From: a virus
Length of the DNA stretch: 64,000 nt
Reading direction: 5' to 3' (one strand)
Virus record (IMG/VR): IMGVR_UViG_3300033508_000214
Span: 32,022 to 96,021 of that record
A model generated the notes under the pieces. It saw only the letters and a program-made list of their open reading frames with translations. It did no database searches and was not told where the DNA came from. The translations under genes and the position numbers were made by a program. Each line of letters opens with the position of its first letter. The stretch's first letter is position 1. Positions 1 to 9,918 of the stretch are shown piece after piece.

Positions 1-1637
1 TTATCCATAGTTTGGAAAGTGGTATCTTCTAGCAAGTCGTAGTAGAATTCAGTGTTAACGATGAAAGTAACATCGTTAGGGTCAAGACCCCAAGCACCTA
101 GATCTTTACGCAGTGAACGTAGAAGAGCGATTGTACCGGCATTAGCAACTTGAGCAGTTACAGCAGATACGTCATCATACTTAGCAAGACCTTTAACTGG
201 GTCAGCGCCTGAACCAGCACCTAGCAAGTAAGCTTTGTCTACAGACTTAGCAACACGACGAACCATAGCGTCACGAACGATAGGCATTAATGCAATCAGA
301 GAATCTTCTTCTTCTTCATACATCATATACTCGTTAGTAGCTAGTTTGTATGAGTTAAGAGTAATTTCACTTAAACGATGGGTTTGGCTAGCACCAGCGG
401 ATGCAGTAGTACCGAACTGAGCGTTAGTAATCCAAGTACCATAACCAGCTTCTGGGTTCAGAGGCATAGTCATTACGTTGGTTTGCATAGTAATGTTGCG
501 CATTAAAGGAGCAACAACTAGCTTACGACGTACTTCAGATTCCATGTTTAGAGAAACTTCAAGTTCCCAAGTGGTAGACGCTTGGTGAGAAGGATCTTTT
601 CCACCAACGCTAGCTTTAGTAGCTAGTTCTTTACCAAACTTAGTGGCTTCGATAGCCTTGCCCGAAAACTTAGAAAGCAATACAGCTTTTTCCTTATCTT
701 CATAGCTAATGTCAGCCTTAGTATCAGCAAAGCTCATTTTAGATTTTTGCATAGCTACGATTTCAGCAGCTTTTTCAGCTAGAGCTGTTTCCAAACCACT
801 AATAGCGCTCTTGGTGCTTTCGGTTTGTTCAGCCATGCGCTTTTCGATATCAGCGATTAGACGCTCGGCGCCAGTAGTTGAGGTTGCTAGAGCAGCCTTA
901 ACACGTGCATCCATATCAGCAGCAGCTTTTTCAGCAGCTTCTTTCTCGGCCTTCTCAGCGGCTTGAGCAGCTAGAAGAGATTTAGTAGCTTGTTCAGCGG
1001 CAGACTTAGCAGCATTATCAAGCATAATTTGTAGTTCTTTTGGATCCATATTCCATTCCTTTTTGTGTGTGCTCGTTTTATCCGTTAAGGATTCTAGCCC
1101 TTTAGCTGAGTCGCCTTTAGGTGTAAATTGAGCTTTGAAACTATTATAATCTTCGGCACTAGAAAATGCTTTAGAAAGGTTAAACAGTGTATTTTGATTC
1201 ATAGGTACTGAAACTACAGAAATTTCTACTAGTTCTAGCTTCTTAATCAAAAACACTTCTGCGGCTGCATTATACTCGGCATCTAGAATTCTAAACCCGA
1301 TACTGAAGGCTGTTAGGACTTCATCTTTAATTAGATTAAAAATTTCGGCAGCCGCTGAAATTCTTGCTTTTACCCAAAGTCCTGTAGCGTCTATCTTATG
1401 CTCGATCATACGACCTATAGGATCATCGTGATCGTGTTGTGCTAGAATAATAGGGTTTTTAAGATAGTTTTTAATACCATCTTCCCATACACTTGCAGGT
1501 ACTACATCACCACCTCTATCGATGTCTACGGTACTAGCGTATCCTTCAATATATATAGATTTTATAGCATCTTCTACCTTGGGAAGCTCTTTGGTAAAAG
1601 CACTACTTATATAAAGTACTTTATTTTTATCTACCAT
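1..1637 (-). CDS. Prohead protease fused in frame to HK97-fold major capsid protein (T5 pb11+pb8-like); runs off the window start
   Basis: ATG at 1637 gives MVDKNKVLY..IEGYASTVDIDRGGD..ILAQHDH..FSIGF..LVEISVVSVPMN (HK97-type protease motifs). It reads through with no stop into MDPKELQ (ATG 1049, SD AAGGA), an Ala/Glu/Lys coiled delta domain and capsid body (YKLATNEYMMYEEEEDS). Confidence 0.9.
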   Translation of the reverse strand, partial: MVDKNKVLYISSAFTKELPKVEDAIKSIYIEGYASTVDIDRGGDVVPASVWEDGIKNYLKNPIILAQHDHDDPIGRMIEHKIDATGLWVKARISAAAEIFNLIKDEVLTAFSIGFRILDAEYNAAAEVFLIKKLELVEISVVSVPMNQNTLFNLSKAFSSAEDYNSFKAQFTPKGDSAKGLESLTDKTSTHKKEWNMDPKELQIMLDNAAKSAAEQATKSLLAAQAAEKAEKEAAEKAAADMDARVKAALATSTTGAERLIADIEKRMAEQTESTKSAISGLETALAEKAAEIVAMQKSKMSFADTKADISYEDKEKAVLLSKFSGKAIEATKFGKELATKASVGGKDPSHQASTTWELEVSLNMESEVRRKLVVAPLMRNITMQTNVMTMPLNPEAGYGTWITNAQFGTTASAGASQTHRLSEITLNSYKLATNEYMMYEEEEDSLIALMPIVRDAMVRRVAKSVDKAYLLGAGSGADPVKGLAKYDDVSAVTAQVANAGTIALLRSLRKDLGAWGLDPNDVTFIVNTEFYYDLLEDTTFQTMD

Positions 1638-1645
1638 GATACTCC

Positions 1646-2836
1646 TTATGGTGGTTTAGGTGCGTCCGGTTTTTTAGGCGCTCCTCCTACGCTAGAATCT
1701 GCTGCTGACCCTGCAATATTAGCAGGAATTCTGATTTCATCAGCTCCAGGTAGCTTAGGATAACGCAGTTCTTCTCTAGCCTCGTTAGGGGTTAAAATTC
1801 CTGCATTAACTAATGTAGAATGATACGAGGCAATATCTTTTAGTTCTGGCTGAAGCGCAGAAACATCAGTAGTTATAGGACCTATATCATATCCGAAAAA
1901 TCTTTCCATTGCTGATACGTACTTCTTAACAATAGGCATTACTGTTTCTAAGTAAAATAGTCTAAGATTAGGGGATATATTAGCATTATTACCACCATCT
2001 AATAAGATTGGTGGTATTCCAATTGCTTTGAGAATCTTAGTATCATGGGTTTTGATACTAACATCAAAGTCTAACTCTTGGAATGTTGAACTAGCCATAG
2101 GACTTGGTTTAAGCCCGCTATCTAGGATCATTGGGCGTCTAGCCCCGTTTTTTGGGCTGTATTTAACAGACCATTCAGCAATTGTTTTGTCTTTAGCAAC
2201 CTTACTAAGAGTATTTTCAGTAGTTAGGATAAGTCCTGCAACGGCTCCATTTTCAAAAAATTGATTTTGAAAGGCTATCATTTTGGATAGGGTTCTAATA
2301 CTATTGTCAGCTGCTGCTAACCTACTAGAACCCCTATAAATTGAGTGACTGCTAATATCTCTAATATGTATTACTTCGTTAGGCGACATTTCTACTGTGC
2401 CGTTATACGTGTAGCTTGATACTAATGTTTTTGTATCAGTTATAATCTGTACATTAGAAGCAGGTAGATGATATAAGAATACCCCATCATAGTATATAAA
2501 GATATTACCTTCTAAGATAAAATCTGTAAATATACTGGATCTAAAATCTTGGACTGATTGATATGGATTAGGACGATAGTTTAGCAATTGTTGTAGGTTT
2601 CTAACTCTTACACCTGCTACAATTCCGTCAATTACTTTGTCTCTAATATCATAGTCTAAAGAGGAACAAGCATTAACTAATAAATTTACGCCTCTATTTA
2701 CCGATTCTAGCCTATCAAATGCTGTAGTATAGCTAACGTTACTAGTAGACCCTATGTTGGCCCCTTCAGCGTAGCTAATATATTCTTGAGCTGGATTACT
2801 TTTAGTAAACCAGTCTTTTGGATTATACCATGCCAT
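1646..2836 (-). CDS. Portal protein (HK97/T5 pb7 type)
   Basis: 396 aa; LNYRPNPYQ, EGNIFIY, FFENGA, GILTPNEAREEL portal motifs; position between protease and terminase. Confidence 0.93.
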   Translation of the reverse strand: MAWYNPKDWFTKSNPAQEYISYAEGANIGSTSNVSYTTAFDRLESVNRGVNLLVNACSSLDYDIRDKVIDGIVAGVRVRNLQQLLNYRPNPYQSVQDFRSSIFTDFILEGNIFIYYDGVFLYHLPASNVQIITDTKTLVSSYTYNGTVEMSPNEVIHIRDISSHSIYRGSSRLAAADNSIRTLSKMIAFQNQFFENGAVAGLILTTENTLSKVAKDKTIAEWSVKYSPKNGARRPMILDSGLKPSPMASSTFQELDFDVSIKTHDTKILKAIGIPPILLDGGNNANISPNLRLFYLETVMPIVKKYVSAMERFFGYDIGPITTDVSALQPELKDIASYHSTLVNAGILTPNEAREELRYPKLPGADEIRIPANIAGSAADSSVGGAPKKPDAPKPP

Positions 2837-2844
2837 AATCTTCC

Positions 2845-3291
2845 TTAATAAAATTTAGCAAAGGCCCCTAATCCAGTATTCTTAGTTTCTGCAGTAGGTG
2901 CGTCAAAGGTTTTACCTTCTGCTTTAGCTTTCTGTATTTCTATCCACCGCTCTTGCTTTAGTACCGAACTATGTAAAGGAGACTTTCCAAAGACTGAATG
3001 TAACTTCACATGGTGATTATTACATAAAGTATATACTAAGTCGTAGATCTCATGATTATGTTCTTCAATGAATTCATCTCTAACTGCTAGTATACCCTCA
3101 TCTGTGGATATATCATACTTCTTTTTTGTAGACCAGTCTTCTAAAAGACGAGTAAGGGAATGTAGGTGATGTAATTCTAGATCTTCAGTAGTACCACATA
3201 TGTAGCAGGTTTCTTTCTTTTCATACAACGATTTACAGCGATCACGTATCCACTTGATTGCAATACGGTTGTTATTAGTATTTTTTGCCAT
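2845..3291 (-). CDS. HNH nicking endonuclease (T5-type, between portal and TerL)
   Basis: CYICG..LELHH..LCNNHH; T5-like synteny. Confidence 0.8.
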   Translation of the reverse strand: MAKNTNNNRIAIKWIRDRCKSLYEKKETCYICGTTEDLELHHLHSLTRLLEDWSTKKKYDISTDEGILAVRDEFIEEHNHEIYDLVYTLCNNHHVKLHSVFGKSPLHSSVLKQERWIEIQKAKAEGKTFDAPTAETKNTGLGAFAKFY

Positions 3292-3444
3292 AATTTTCTT
3301 GGATCTATAATTTACAGCTGTAATTATACTACTTTAGGTAAAAGAAGTCAAGGTATATTTTTTTGATGCGGCTCAGTAAAAATACATCTTTACATTATGA
3401 TTATAAAATTGTATAATAATACATACTTTTAAAAAGGAGACCTT

Positions 3445-5064
3445 ATGAACTCGGAAAAAACAAATAAGATTATTGACTTATGTGAAGAAGGTACTACGGC
3501 AGTTACAGAATATAAAACTTCTAAAGGTAAAATGATTCTTAAATGTAAAAATGGGCATTTAAGAGAGATAACACCAGAAAAACTAGTCGCTAGGGGTGAC
3601 AAACGTAAATGTAAAGAATGTGATACCTATAGGGCTGCTAGTAGGAAAACTACTGAAGAATTTGCACAACAATGTTTAGACAAAGGTCTAACTTTATTAG
3701 AAGATTATGTGGATAATAATACTAGATTATTAATACACAATAATACGTGTGGGCATGAGTATACAATAAATCCTAATAGCTTAGTAACTAAAGGTAGTGG
3801 CTCTATATGTAGAGTATGTAATCCTGTAATAAGTAAAAAGCAAGACGAAGTACTAAATACTCTAAAAACCAAGTATTCCTTAGTTCCTACTGAAGAATAC
3901 TTGGGTGTAAGGTATAAGACTATGATTACAAATACTGTATGTAATCATAGTTATTTAGTAGACATATCTAGTATTATTTATAAAGATACGGGGTATATTT
4001 GCCCTGTATGTGGTATTAGCAAAAACCTACTATCTAAAGAAGAAGTATCAGATAAGCTGGCAGTATTTAATTTAACTCCCTTAGAAGAGTATAAAGGAGT
4101 TAGATATCCTTTATTAGTTAGAAATAATATATGTGGACACGAGTACTACTCTGACCCTAATAACTTATTTTACAAGAGTTTGCCTCATGTATGCAAGGTT
4201 TGTCATCCAAATGTATCTGCGGAAGAACAGTCTCTAAGAGATTTTATTTCTAGTATTTATAAAGATTGGGCTATTTATGGTGATAGAATTATGCTGGAAG
4301 GTAAAGAGTTAGATATTATTCTTCCTGATATAGGGCTAGCTTTTGAGTATAATGGAGATTATTGGCATAGAGAAACTGAGATTAGGGATAAACATTATCA
4401 TTTAAATAAACTTATTGCCGTGGAATTATATGAATATCAGCTAATACATATTAAAGGATTACTATGGAATACAAAACCTAGTATAGTTAAATCTAGGATT
4501 AAAAGTATACTAGGTATTTTTGATACAAGAATATACGCTAGAAATACTATAGTAAAACAGCTAGATTATTTTCCTAGAGAATTCCTAGATAATAATCATT
4601 TACAGGGTGCTGGCTCCCCTACTGGAATAAACTTTGGACTATATATTGAGGAGCAGCTAGTTGCCTGTATGACTTTCGCTAAACCTAGATTTTCTAAAGA
4701 ATATACATATGAGCTTATACGCTTCTGTTCTTTATTAAATTATTCTATAGTAGGCGGGGCGTCTAAGTTATTAAAAGCATTTAGAAAATCCTACTCAGGT
4801 AGCATTATCTCTTACGCTGACAGGTCGTGGAGTAAGGGTAAACTATATAGTAATTTAGGATTTACTTTTGTAAAGTACACAGAACCAAATTATACGTATG
4901 TAAAAGGGCAGAAAGTACTTAGTAGGTACCAGTGTCAGAAACATTTGCTAAGAGAAATGTTTCCTGGTACTTATGAGGATGAATTAACTGAAAAGGAAAT
5001 TATGTCTAAAAATGGGTTTATTTGTTTGTATGATTGCGGTAGTAGTGTATGGGCACTTACATAA
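3445..5064 (+). CDS. Hef-like free-standing endonuclease: zinc-ribbon repeats plus PD-(D/E)xK/DUF559-like nuclease and C-terminal domain
   Basis: Repeated CGHEY..P....C..C units; ELDI..AFEYNGDYWH; ELIRFC..GGASKLL; opposite orientation to flanking head genes. Confidence 0.7.
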   Translation: MNSEKTNKIIDLCEEGTTAVTEYKTSKGKMILKCKNGHLREITPEKLVARGDKRKCKECDTYRAASRKTTEEFAQQCLDKGLTLLEDYVDNNTRLLIHNNTCGHEYTINPNSLVTKGSGSICRVCNPVISKKQDEVLNTLKTKYSLVPTEEYLGVRYKTMITNTVCNHSYLVDISSIIYKDTGYICPVCGISKNLLSKEEVSDKLAVFNLTPLEEYKGVRYPLLVRNNICGHEYYSDPNNLFYKSLPHVCKVCHPNVSAEEQSLRDFISSIYKDWAIYGDRIMLEGKELDIILPDIGLAFEYNGDYWHRETEIRDKHYHLNKLIAVELYEYQLIHIKGLLWNTKPSIVKSRIKSILGIFDTRIYARNTIVKQLDYFPREFLDNNHLQGAGSPTGINFGLYIEEQLVACMTFAKPRFSKEYTYELIRFCSLLNYSIVGGASKLLKAFRKSYSGSIISYADRSWSKGKLYSNLGFTFVKYTEPNYTYVKGQKVLSRYQCQKHLLREMFPGTYEDELTEKEIMSKNGFICLYDCGSSVWALT

Positions 5065-6376
5065 CAAAAGAGTAACAAGCATACCGTAATGCATCTGCTA
5101 TGTGGGAATGCTCATCGTGTTGTGGTTTTTCTATACCACTAACTGCGTCTGTCTTCCACCTATATTGATCTAGCATAGCGAGCGTGTTTGTGCAGTTTGG
5201 CGACACTAGTAGTCTTCCCTGACCAATTAAGGTCTGCACGTAAGCTATGCCCTCTAGTACTTGTTTGCGTGCTTTTAGGGTCGAGATATTATAGCTATAA
5301 GCCAAATCAGCAGCTGTCTGCGCTGCTGCACTATCAATAAAGATGCTCTCTATTCCGAACTCTTCAACAAAGCTTTTAAATGCAGTAGCATGTTGCTCAG
5401 TAGTTCTATTTGCTTCTACGTATTCAGCACAAACGTGAAACTTATCATCATAAAACGCTATAACTATAAAAGCAGTTGAGTCTTTAAAGCCGGGATCTAA
5501 TCCAGCTATGTACTCTGCTCCAGCAACATGTGTATAAGGATTAACATACTCAGCACTAAAGTCGCTATAAATCTGACCCTCGAATGTAGTAAATGATGCC
5601 ATGTACTCCTGTGCAAACTCTGCTTTAGACATCGACCGACGCGCTTCTGCTACGTCAACTTCCTTCATCCGTTTGTTCTCTGTATAGTCAGCAGTTATTG
5701 ACGCCCACTGAGGAAATTGAGAGCTGAAGCCGCGTTGAAAGAACTTACTAAACCAGTTATTCTTGCCTCGTGGCGTACTAATAAATATAGCTTTCGAATT
5801 AGGTGTATCAAGCGTAGGTCGTAGAGAAACATTAAACGCTTCTTCTGCGTCTGCCCCTAAAGCAGCTTCATCAAAAATGATACAAGAATACGAGCGTCCT
5901 ACGCACGAATCAACTGTTGATAATGACCCCATTCTAATAGAAGAGCCATTAGACAGTTCAATCACTCTATCTTTAGCATTGTCCCTATCAACTTCAAGAT
6001 CAAATGCCTTAATTAACTTACGTTGTATTTCAAAAGAAATTGACGACAGATTATAGTTAGGCGACATAATTAATATATGGCAGTTAGGTACTAAAGCTAC
6101 TAACTGTCCTACAATATTAGATATATACGTCTTACCTAAACGTCGTGCAAGAGCAGCACATACAAACCTATACTTAGGATTGTTTATTGCGTTGATAAGA
6201 GCAATTTGAGGAGCATTAATTTGTTCCCATGCAGTTGACTTTCTGTCGTCAATAGGATCTCTAGCAGGCAGTAATTTCAAGTAATTAATAATAGGCAACT
6301 TTATGAATCTGCTGTGAGCAGGAAACTCCGTTATAGAAGTGCTAGAAATATCCTCCCTAGAAATATTAAGCATCAA
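5057..6376 (-). CDS. terL: Terminase large subunit
   Basis: Walker A ARRLGKT, Walker B IIFDEAA, ISTPRG, RNase H-like GLDPG and HIADALRY. Confidence 0.95.
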   Translation of the reverse strand: MMLNISREDISSTSITEFPAHSRFIKLPIINYLKLLPARDPIDDRKSTAWEQINAPQIALINAINNPKYRFVCAALARRLGKTYISNIVGQLVALVPNCHILIMSPNYNLSSISFEIQRKLIKAFDLEVDRDNAKDRVIELSNGSSIRMGSLSTVDSCVGRSYSCIIFDEAALGADAEEAFNVSLRPTLDTPNSKAIFISTPRGKNNWFSKFFQRGFSSQFPQWASITADYTENKRMKEVDVAEARRSMSKAEFAQEYMASFTTFEGQIYSDFSAEYVNPYTHVAGAEYIAGLDPGFKDSTAFIVIAFYDDKFHVCAEYVEANRTTEQHATAFKSFVEEFGIESIFIDSAAAQTAADLAYSYNISTLKARKQVLEGIAYVQTLIGQGRLLVSPNCTNTLAMLDQYRWKTDAVSGIEKPQHDEHSHIADALRYACYSFVM

Positions 6377-6854
6377 TAGTCCCTTTAATTAACTGCTCTA
6401 TTAAACTAGAATACTTACTATTACCAGCATTATCATTGATTTGCACGTTAACTTGATTTTTAAGACTATTAGCAGTACGTATTTTTTCTAGAGCAATTTC
6501 CTTATCTAGAAGCTCGATGGTCATCTTATGGGATAAAGCTAGAATCTCTGTAATGTCTTTAGTGGAACCTGTATCCGATTCATCCATTTCCTGTAGCTTT
6601 TTCTTGATAATAGTATCCATTAGATCTCTCATCTGGAACCTATTATTAAATCCTAGGCTAAAAAATACGTTGTTAATGTACGCACGTACTTCTTTTCGGT
6701 CTAGAATATCTGATACTAGTTCTTTAGGTATGTCTAGATCTTCGGCTACTTTTGCTAGATCTGGGTTTTGAAGATACGCATTGGCTACTTGAAGCGCTTC
6801 TGGACTAATAGCAATATATTCTGCTGGAGTATTTACTGGTAAATTATCGCTCAT
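6366..6854 (-). CDS. terS: Terminase small subunit (T5-type)
   Basis: 162 aa, ISPEALQVANAYLQ..HKM; directly upstream of and overlapping terL. Confidence 0.85.
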   Translation of the reverse strand: MSDNLPVNTPAEYIAISPEALQVANAYLQNPDLAKVAEDLDIPKELVSDILDRKEVRAYINNVFFSLGFNNRFQMRDLMDTIIKKKLQEMDESDTGSTKDITEILALSHKMTIELLDKEIALEKIRTANSLKNQVNVQINDNAGNSKYSSLIEQLIKGTIDA

Positions 6855-7139
6855 GTTATACCTTTATTTTGATTATTTTCTCTATTATAGCATGGGGGGT
6901 TGGGGTTGTCAATGACTAAAATTTTTTAGCTTATGGGCGATTTGTGCGTACATTTAGATTTGTGTGCTTATAGCGATTTGTGTACTTTATTCATTTGCTA
7001 CACTTAGGGTCTTTTTGCTACGCTTTATTCATTTACTACACTTAGGGCATATAAGGCACCGAAAAAGCTGGTGTAGAAATTTTAAAAAGGCCGCGTGAGA
7101 TTGGGCGGCCGTATGCGAAGCGAAGCGGGGTCTGAAAAC

Positions 7140-7475
7140 CGCCCCATTTTGGTGCATAGTTCTACTCAATGCAAGGGTATGGTGCGCACAGTCCTGGTGT
7201 GTGCCCCGGCCTGGTGCGAATGTGCTAACTTGGTGCGATTATTTTGGTGCATTGCACTGATCTGGTGCATAGCTTTTTTCAATGCTACACTTCGGTGCGA
7301 TTATTTTGGTGCATTGCACTGATCTGGTGCATAGCTTTTTTCAATGCTACACTTCGGTGCATAGGTTTTTTCAATGGGCTAAGATGGTGCAGTACGCACT
7401 GACCTGGTGCGCACAGTCCTGGTGCATAAAATATATAAGCACGCACTTAATTGGTGCTTGCACTAAATTGGTGCA
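7140..7475. repeat. Array of about 16 TGCAC-N7-GTGCA-like 17-bp sites, including a 62-bp direct duplication
   Basis: TGCACTAAATTGGTGCA 7459-7475, TGCACTGATCTGGTGCA 7253 and 7315, CGCACTTAATTGGTGCT 7442, CGCACAGTCCTGGTGCA 7410, CGCACTGACCTGGTGCG 7395, CGCCCCATTTTGGTGCA 7140. Confidence 0.9.
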
Positions 7476-7822
7476 TAAGTAGCACTGCGCAAACTGTTGC
7501 GTCAAAACAACATAGGGCTAGAAGGGCTTAGAATGGCTATTTCAGCGTTTTTTTGGCTTGGGTGTAGGGTAGCCTTGGGATGCTTGCGTTTGGCCTGTAT
7601 AGCCCCTTTTGAAGGGTTTCCCTATGGGCTGACATCGGGTTATTTATAGCATCTAACGCACCGATTAGAAGCGTGAAGCGTGAAGTGTTGTATTTTTGCA
7701 ACAGTAAAAAATTTTTGAATTATTTTCGTTTGTGGTGTCCAAACAACACTTTTGCCCATATAATTACCCCAAGGGAAAAACAAGATGCTACAAAAATTGT
7801 AGCATCATTTTTGGAGTATATT

Positions 7823-8077
7823 ATGGCAGTTTCTTCTAAACTTGAGTTTGTTCAAAGTTTCACCGGGTTTCTGCCTGGTGAGTTTAAGGGGGCGTTTTTA
7901 TTTACAGTTATTGACTGCGGAAAGCAGTCAATAACTGTCGCACTGCCTAACGCAAAATGGGCAGACTTGCAGGTAACCCTGAATGGGTTACTTATTAATC
8001 TCACAGGTGAGTATCCCCCTCAGATTAATAGGGCAATTAAGTTTGCCCGGAAACTATTCCCACACTGGCAGGGATAA
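7823..8077 (+). CDS. Hypothetical pre-early protein
   Basis: GGAG-TATATT-ATG translation start shared with the next cassettes. Confidence 0.65.
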   Translation: MAVSSKLEFVQSFTGFLPGEFKGAFLFTVIDCGKQSITVALPNAKWADLQVTLNGLLINLTGEYPPQINRAIKFARKLFPHWQG

Positions 8078-8163
8078 TACTCTGCCAGTCAACCCGGATG
8101 TTATCCGGGTTGAAAATATAATATATCTTGCAAGATATATTATATTTTCAACTGGAGTATATT

Positions 8164-8298
8164 ATGTTTTCAATTGTTCGCGTTGACCAGTTTGGTTTTA
8201 TTAATTTTGCCGTCCATCTGGATGGCGTGGAGCTGGTTCGATTTGAAAAATACGGCTTGGCTGTGGATTTCATCCGCGCTATGGATGATATAGGATAA
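8164..8298 (+). CDS. Small hypothetical protein (44 aa)
   Basis: CTGGAGTATATTATG start after a double hairpin. Confidence 0.6.
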   Translation: MFSIVRVDQFGFINFAVHLDGVELVRFEKYGLAVDFIRAMDDIG

Positions 8299-8380
8299 TA
8301 TATAACCCTGCCAGATATTATCTGGCAGGGTTAAAATTTAAAGTAGCGGTCGATGCTTTAAATTTTAACTGGAGTATATT

Positions 8381-8461
8381 ATGTTGACTATTATTGCCAT
8401 CGGGTTTGGTTTACAGATTTTCGGAATGTGCGTTATTTATTTATGCGTTAAAATGCGCTAA
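8381..8461 (+). CDS. 26-aa hydrophobic peptide
   Basis: Same CTGGAGTATATTATG start; MLTIIAIGFGLQIFGMCVIYLCVKMR. Confidence 0.5.
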   Translation: MLTIIAIGFGLQIFGMCVIYLCVKMR

Positions 8462-8487
8462 TAAATAATAATAATAATAACCCTTAG

Positions 8488-8526
8488 AAACCTGATCAGG
8501 CAATACCTGATCAGGTTTTCTTTTTT
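8488..8526 (+). terminator. Intrinsic terminator
   Basis: AAACCTGATCAGG-N-CCTGATCAGGTTT followed by a T-run. Confidence 0.75.
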
Positions 8527-8530
8527 GTAT

Positions 8531-8636
8531 TATATAATACTTATCTCGGGTCTTATATAATACTTATCTCGGGTCTTATATAATACTTATCTCGGGTCTT
8601 ATATAATACTTATCTCAGGTCTTATATAATACTTAT
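8531..8636. repeat. 23-bp tandem repeat x4.6 (TATATAATACTTATCTCGGGTCT)
   Basis: Copies at 8531, 8554, 8577, 8600 and a partial copy at 8623. Confidence 0.95.
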
Positions 8637-8846
8637 ATTCGCGAATTTGCGCCAAGTGCTTACCTGAATTTATTTTTATTTATGTAGGATACTACTACAA
8701 GTATAGCTGCGCCGATTTTTGCTCGCCCTTTCACAACCTCATTATACACCTATTTTTAAACTGTGCGCATAAACTTGAAAATATATTTTTTCGTTGTTTT
8801 TGATGTTTGTCAGCTTCGGGTAAGGAACCCGGTGTAGGAACCCCTT

Positions 8847-8948
8847 TGCTATGCTTTTCATAGCGCCAAATTTTACCATAAAATCAAGGCAAAAAATTAG
8901 ATGTTGCAGTCTAATTTTTAGCGGCAAACCTGGAGTATAATCCACGCT
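8847..8948. promoter_or_regulatory. Repeated ~105-bp regulatory module, copy 1
   Basis: GCTATG-N-CATAGC palindrome, GCCAAATTTTACCATAAAATCAAGGC, AAAAATTAG..CTAATTTT, CCTGGAGTATAAT; near-identical at 10146 and 11713. Confidence 0.8.
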
Positions 8949-9193
8949 AGACTATAAAGGATTAATATGGATATTATTGATATTATTGCTGTTATTATTA
9001 CTATTATTAGTTTGCCATTATTTATTTGGAGTTAATATGAGCATTTATTTGGATATGATTAACGCACAGTATAATGAAAATTATACTGACATTAGTTACC
9101 TGGGAAATAGTGATTATCTCTTGATTAAGGGTAATCGGTATGGTACGGCTAAAATTATCGATAACGTGATAATCGGATATTATAGGGGCTAAT

Positions 9194-9532
9194 ATGGAAA
9201 TTCAAATATATGCTGAAACCCTTTGGATTTCATATAAAAAGATATTCCCTGAGTTAAGGGGTGAATGTCCTAAAATTATATTATCTAATAGGCTGACTAA
9301 AACAGCTGGATATAATATAAGCGAACATAATACTATTACACTAGGTAATAAGTTTTTCAAGCGTAACATGGATAGTATGCTGAAAATTACATTACCCCAC
9401 GAATTAGCACATCAAATTGATTATAACCTGCATGGTTGGTCAAAAAATAGAAAACATCACAATAGTAATTGGTGCGCTATTATGATGATTATCGGTTTAG
9501 ACCCTGACCCTTATCATTACATGGAGATATAA
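9194..9532 (+). CDS. SprT-like zinc metalloprotease
   Basis: SNRLTKTAG, HELAH (HExxH), downstream HH..W. Confidence 0.8.
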   Translation: MEIQIYAETLWISYKKIFPELRGECPKIILSNRLTKTAGYNISEHNTITLGNKFFKRNMDSMLKITLPHELAHQIDYNLHGWSKNRKHHNSNWCAIMMIIGLDPDPYHYMEI

Positions 9533-9696
9533 TATGATATACATTGTTTTGCCATATATTGCCCCGATTACTAAATTTGATCTGGTCGATGAGATGGAAT
9601 ACGAGGATAATGAAGATTTATTTATTACCCTAGAAGATGCGGGCTTAGAAAATAAACTAGAATACGATACTGTACCTGGTGCATTAAAAGAGTATT

Positions 9697-9918
9697 TTGA
9701 TAATGAATGTTAATTATATTTCCTGGTTTGCCACCGTATTATCTATTATTGGTGCATTTACGGTGGCAAATGGTATTACCCTTTTCGGATACTGTGCATT
9801 TATATTAGGTTCTATTGGCTGGGGCTATATTGGAATTACTAATAAAGATAACGCACTTATTACAATGCAGGGTGTTTTTTTAATGGCTAATATAATGGGA
9901 TTATATAATGCAATATGA
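9697..9918 (+). CDS. Small membrane protein
   Basis: Three hydrophobic segments. Confidence 0.55.
   Translation: MIMNVNYISWFATVLSIIGAFTVANGITLFGYCAFILGSIGWGYIGITNKDNALITMQGVFLMANIMGLYNAI

Noticed and set aside
235-966. Plus-strand ORFs 235..420 and 709..966, and other short antisense ORFs in the track
   Set aside because: They are shadows of well-supported genes on the opposite strand.
7140-7475. Chi-site cluster
   Set aside because: CTGGTGC resembles but does not match GCTGGTGG; the 17-bp palindromic form explains the pattern better.
7480-7820. Sigma54 promoter next to the NtrC-like array
   Set aside because: I found no convincing TGGCAC-N5-TTGC by eye, so an enhancer role is unsupported.
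8531-8636. Possible CRISPR array
   Set aside because: The repeats are contiguous with no spacers, and no cas genes are present.
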